Source: Treponemataceae bacterium
Lineage (GTDB): Bacteria > Spirochaetota > Spirochaetia > Treponematales > Rectinemataceae
Direction of reading: 5' to 3'
NCBI GenBank assembly: GCA_963667725.2
Contig: CAXXHO010000004.1
Location: 64,001-128,000, forward strand
DNA: 64,000 bases
The position numbers were made by a program, and so were the translations under genes. Position 1 is the stretch's first letter, and the number at the start of each line of letters is the position of its first letter. Positions 60,576 through 64,000 of the stretch are shown piece after piece. A model generated the notes under the pieces. The model saw only the letters and a list, made by a program, of their open reading frames with translations, was not told the DNA's origin and did not search any database.

Positions 60576-61128
60576 GGGGCAGGCCGAGTCCGGACTGGAG
60601 TCCGCTACACCGGTACAGGCACAACCGAGCTGGCTATCTTTGTGACGCAAAGAAGTGATGGCTACCCCTTGATGCTGAGAACAGAGAATCCGACCCTTTC
60701 AAGGGCGGCAACTAAGGTTAGCACCAGTGATGCGTGATTCCGGCTCATGCCGCAACAGTCGCCCGCTGGACACGCCACCAACAAACTCCAACTGCTCGCC
60801 CGGCACGCTCTCGACTCCCGGACCGACCTCTATCGCTTCCCGAATGCGAACCACGACCTAATCAAGCGACTGCGCTTGCGTCTGGCACGCTGGAATCTGC
60901 GGCGCTGAGGCGTCCGCAGCAGCTGCCTTCTGCGTCGCGCTCAATACGGCACCGAAACTGGCGTGGCACCGGAGTTGTTCCTGGGCGGCGCAGGAAACCG
61001 TGCGACCCCGTTCCGCCCGGTCATAGCCCTCAAAAAAATCCTAACTCTTTCAAACTCCACCACATCCCGGCACCCGTACCCCGCCCTCGCAGAACCTCGC
61101 GCGTACTCTGTAGCCGAGGAGCACATCC

Positions 61129-61810
61129 ATGCCCAAGCACTACGACAACACCTCTCGCCCGCGACCCCGCCCGTCCACCGGGACACCGCGCAGCCCGACC
61201 CGCAAACCCACATCACCGGCGGCAAGCCGGCATCCTCCCGCAACCCGTTCGTCCCCGGCCTCCGCCGAACCATCATCCTTATGGACTGCGAGGACCCCGC
61301 AGAATTCGAAGCCCCTCGAACAACTCCTCCGCATCGAGTTCAGCCCGCGCTCCAACACCGAGGAAATGCTCTTCACCGAAATCGTCCTCATCCATTGGGA
61401 CCAGCGCCGGTGCCGCGGCATCCACTCCGCCCTCCTGCGCATCGCCTCCGAGGATCCCGACGCTCGCGACGGTTTCCAGCACATCGAAAGGCGCCGCACT
61501 CGCCGCCGTCTCCTACGAGCGCTGCGTCGGCCAGAGTCGTGCCCTCCAGGCCGTCGGCCCGCGACCTCGGCCGTCTCAGTCGCGAACTCAACCGCGCCGT
61601 CCGCCTCTACCTCCTCCTCCACGGGCCCCTCGACCCGCCCGAGCCTCCCGTCGAACCGCTGCCCTCCAAACCCGAATCCACCGAAAATACCCACGATTCG
61701 AAAAAAATCAAACCCATTCCCATAAACGAACACCCGCATTCGGCCTTTTACCGTCCGATAGCGAACGATTTCGTCCGCGCCGACCGTCCGGAGGTCGTCC
61801 CCGCTGACAG
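61129..61810 (+). CDS. Hypothetical protein (frameshifted)
   Basis: 'GKPASSRN...GL...EDPAEFE...FSPRSNTEEML' across frames; ends approximate. Confidence 0.45.
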
Positions 61811-61924
61811 TCGGGGCTCTCCATGGCTAACGCGGACTCGACGCACACACAAAAGGGGAAAACAAACGACAGGAGGGAAAAGAGGAAGGGAAGGCCCGGC
61901 AGCGGAACTACCGGGCCTCAAACA

Positions 61925-62725
61925 CTACTTCGAAAACGCCCAACGCTTCGCTTCCACCGGATCTTCGCCGGGTTCCCGGCGCGACGCGATGCTCGCGTTG
62001 CGGAAGTCCTGGTTCATCCGGGCGATCACGCTGAGGTTGATCTCCTTCGGACAAACCGCTTCGCATTCACCAATGTTGGTGCAGCTGCCAAACATCTCCT
62101 GCGTCATCTGCGCCACCATGTTCAGGCGCGCGGCTGTGACGCTCGGGCTGGCCCTGCGGCAGCAGTCCGAGATGCGAGATCTTGGCCCCGGTGAACAGCG
62201 CCGCGGCTGCATTCGGACACGCCGCCACGCAGGCGCCGCAACCGATACAGGCCGCCGCGTCCATAGACCGGTCGGCGTCTTCCTTCGGAATCAGGATCGC
62301 GTTGGCATCCTTCGGCGACCCGCTGGGTGCCGAAATGTACCCCGCCCGCCGCCACAATGCGGTCCAGCGCGCTCCGATCCACCATCAGGTCCTTCAGAAT
62401 CGGGAACGCCTTGGCGCGCCACGGTTCCAGGTACAGCTGGTCGCCATCTTTGAAATGACGCAGCGTCAACTGGCACGTCGTCGTTGCCGCCCGACGGACC
62501 ATGCGCCACGCCATTGATCATGAAGCCGCAGCACCCGCAGATGCCTTCCCGACAATCATGCTCGAACGTAACCGGCTCTTCACCCTTCTCAATGAGATGT
62601 TCATTGAGGACATCCAGGCACTCCAGCATGGACATGTCCTCGTTGGCATCCGTCATCTCATACCGGACCATCTTGCCCGGAGAGCTTGCGTTCTTCTGCC
62701 GCCAGATGTGAAGTATGAGTTTCAT
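61925..62725 (-). CDS. sdhB: Succinate dehydrogenase/fumarate reductase iron-sulfur subunit (frameshifted)
   Basis: '[10 protein letters not shown]', '[13 protein letters not shown]', '[13 protein letters not shown]'. Confidence 0.92.
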
Positions 62726-64000
62726 TTACTTGTAGCTCCGCTGGGAAGGATGCACGTATTCAAACTCGAGCGGCTCCTTGTTCATCTTGGCCGGCTGCGA
62801 GGGTCCCTGGTATTCCCAGGCGGCGACGTAGCTGAACTTGTCGTCCACGCGCTGCGCTTCACCTTCCGGCGTCTGGTATTCCTCGCGGAAGTGACCGCCG
62901 CACGATTCCGCGCGATGCAGCGCGTCCTGGCACATCAGCTCGCCCAGTTCGAAGAAGTCGCCCACGCGGGCCGCCTTCTCCAGCGACTGGTTGATGTCGT
63001 CGGACGATCCGAGCACCTTCACGTCCTGCCAGTATTCTTCACGCAGCGCCCGGATCTTGCTGATCGCTTTGCTCCAAGCCGGCCGCGTTTACGCGCCATA
63101 CCGCAGTCTTCCCACATCGTCCTTGCCCAGCTCGCGATGGAACGAATCCACCGTCCGCTTGCCGTTGATCGAGAGCAGCCGCTTGATGTTGCCGGCCACG
63201 CTCTCCATCGTCCCGCGAACTTCCGGATGGCTCTCGTCCACCTTCTCGTTCTTGTGGGTGGCGAGATAGTTGCCGATCGTGTACGGAATCACGAAGTAAC
63301 CGTCCGACAGCCCCTGCATCAGCGCGCTCGCGCCGAGGCGGTTGGCGCCGTGATCGGAGAAGTTCGCTTCGCCCAGCACGAACAGCCCGGGGATGGTGCT
63401 CATCAGTTCGTAGTCCACCCACAGGCCGCCCATCGTGTAGTGGATGGCCGGGTAGATGCGCATCGGAACCTTGTACGGGTTCTCGTCGGTGATGCGCTCG
63501 TACATGTCGAACAGGTTGCCGTAACGTTCCTTGACGGTCCCTTCACCGAGACGACGGATCGAATCGGCGAAATCGAGATACACGCCCAGGCCGCCAGGTC
63601 CCACGCCGCGGCCTTCGTCGCAGGCGTTCTTGGCGTTGCGCGACGCCACGTCGCGCGGCACCAGGTTGCCGAAGCTCGGATACTTGCGTTCGAGATAATA
63701 ATCGCGCTCGTTTTCGGGGATCTGGTCCGGCTTGCGCGTGTCGCCCTTCTTGAGCGGGACCCAGATCCGACCGTCGTTGCGCAGGCTTTCGCTCATCAGC
63801 GTCAGCTTCGATTGGTATTCGCCCGCAACCGGGATGCAGGTCGGGTGGATCTGCGTGAAGCACGGATTGCCGAACGCCGCGCCCTTCTTGTAGGCGCGCC
63901 AGATGGCCGTGGCGTTGGAGCCCTTGGCGTTGGTGGAAAGGTAATAGACATTACCATAGCCGCCCGTGGCCAGCACCACGGCATCGGCCGTGTGGGACTC
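62726..64000 (-). CDS. sdhA: Succinate dehydrogenase/fumarate reductase flavoprotein, 3' part (frameshifted)
   Basis: 'LATGGYG', 'QIHPT', 'HYTMGG', '[11 protein letters not shown]', '[10 protein letters not shown]'. Confidence 0.93.

Noticed and set aside
39543..64000. Mass pseudogenisation or recoding in the right half
   Set aside because: Even sdhA and sdhB carry indels with otherwise conserved sequence, which fits uncorrected long-read error.

Overview
The window looks like two unrelated pieces of DNA joined at about 39,540. The left part (1-39,540) is high-GC, has few frameshifts and is spirochaete-like (inferred). It carries 13 full and 2 half copies of a ~120-185 bp imperfect hairpin repeat (GACAGGA...GGTTARGA...TCTTAACC...TCCTGTC), all in the same orientation. 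Between 1.2 and 13.7 kb these repeats separate ten single-gene units: five AAA_14/DUF4143 ATPase-nucleases (one a deletion remnant), two pRiA4b-ORF3 proteins, a DUF1566-like lipoprotein, an orphan HicB and a GxxExxY PD-(D/E)XK protein. A disarmed AbiE pair lies just upstream. No integrase or transposase is present in this part. This repeat-delimited array, with GxxExxY as a candidate repeat-associated enzyme, is the best candidate for an undescribed system. A second short palindrome (GGGGTCWGACCCC) sits at several gene 3' ends. The rest of the left part holds peptide ABC transporters, peptidases, two-component and ECF regulators, and a DEAD-box helicase. The right part (39,540-64,000) is Acidobacteria-like (inferred) and heavily frameshifted, probably from long-read error. 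It holds a BACON/Ig surface protein, a REP-like tandem hairpin array interrupted by an IS1182-family element with a CACC target duplication, three TA pairs, a string of small immunity-like genes, a large NACHT-like NTPase with a C-terminal nuclease motif, and sdhAB. All family calls come from motif recognition by eye; no database search was run.
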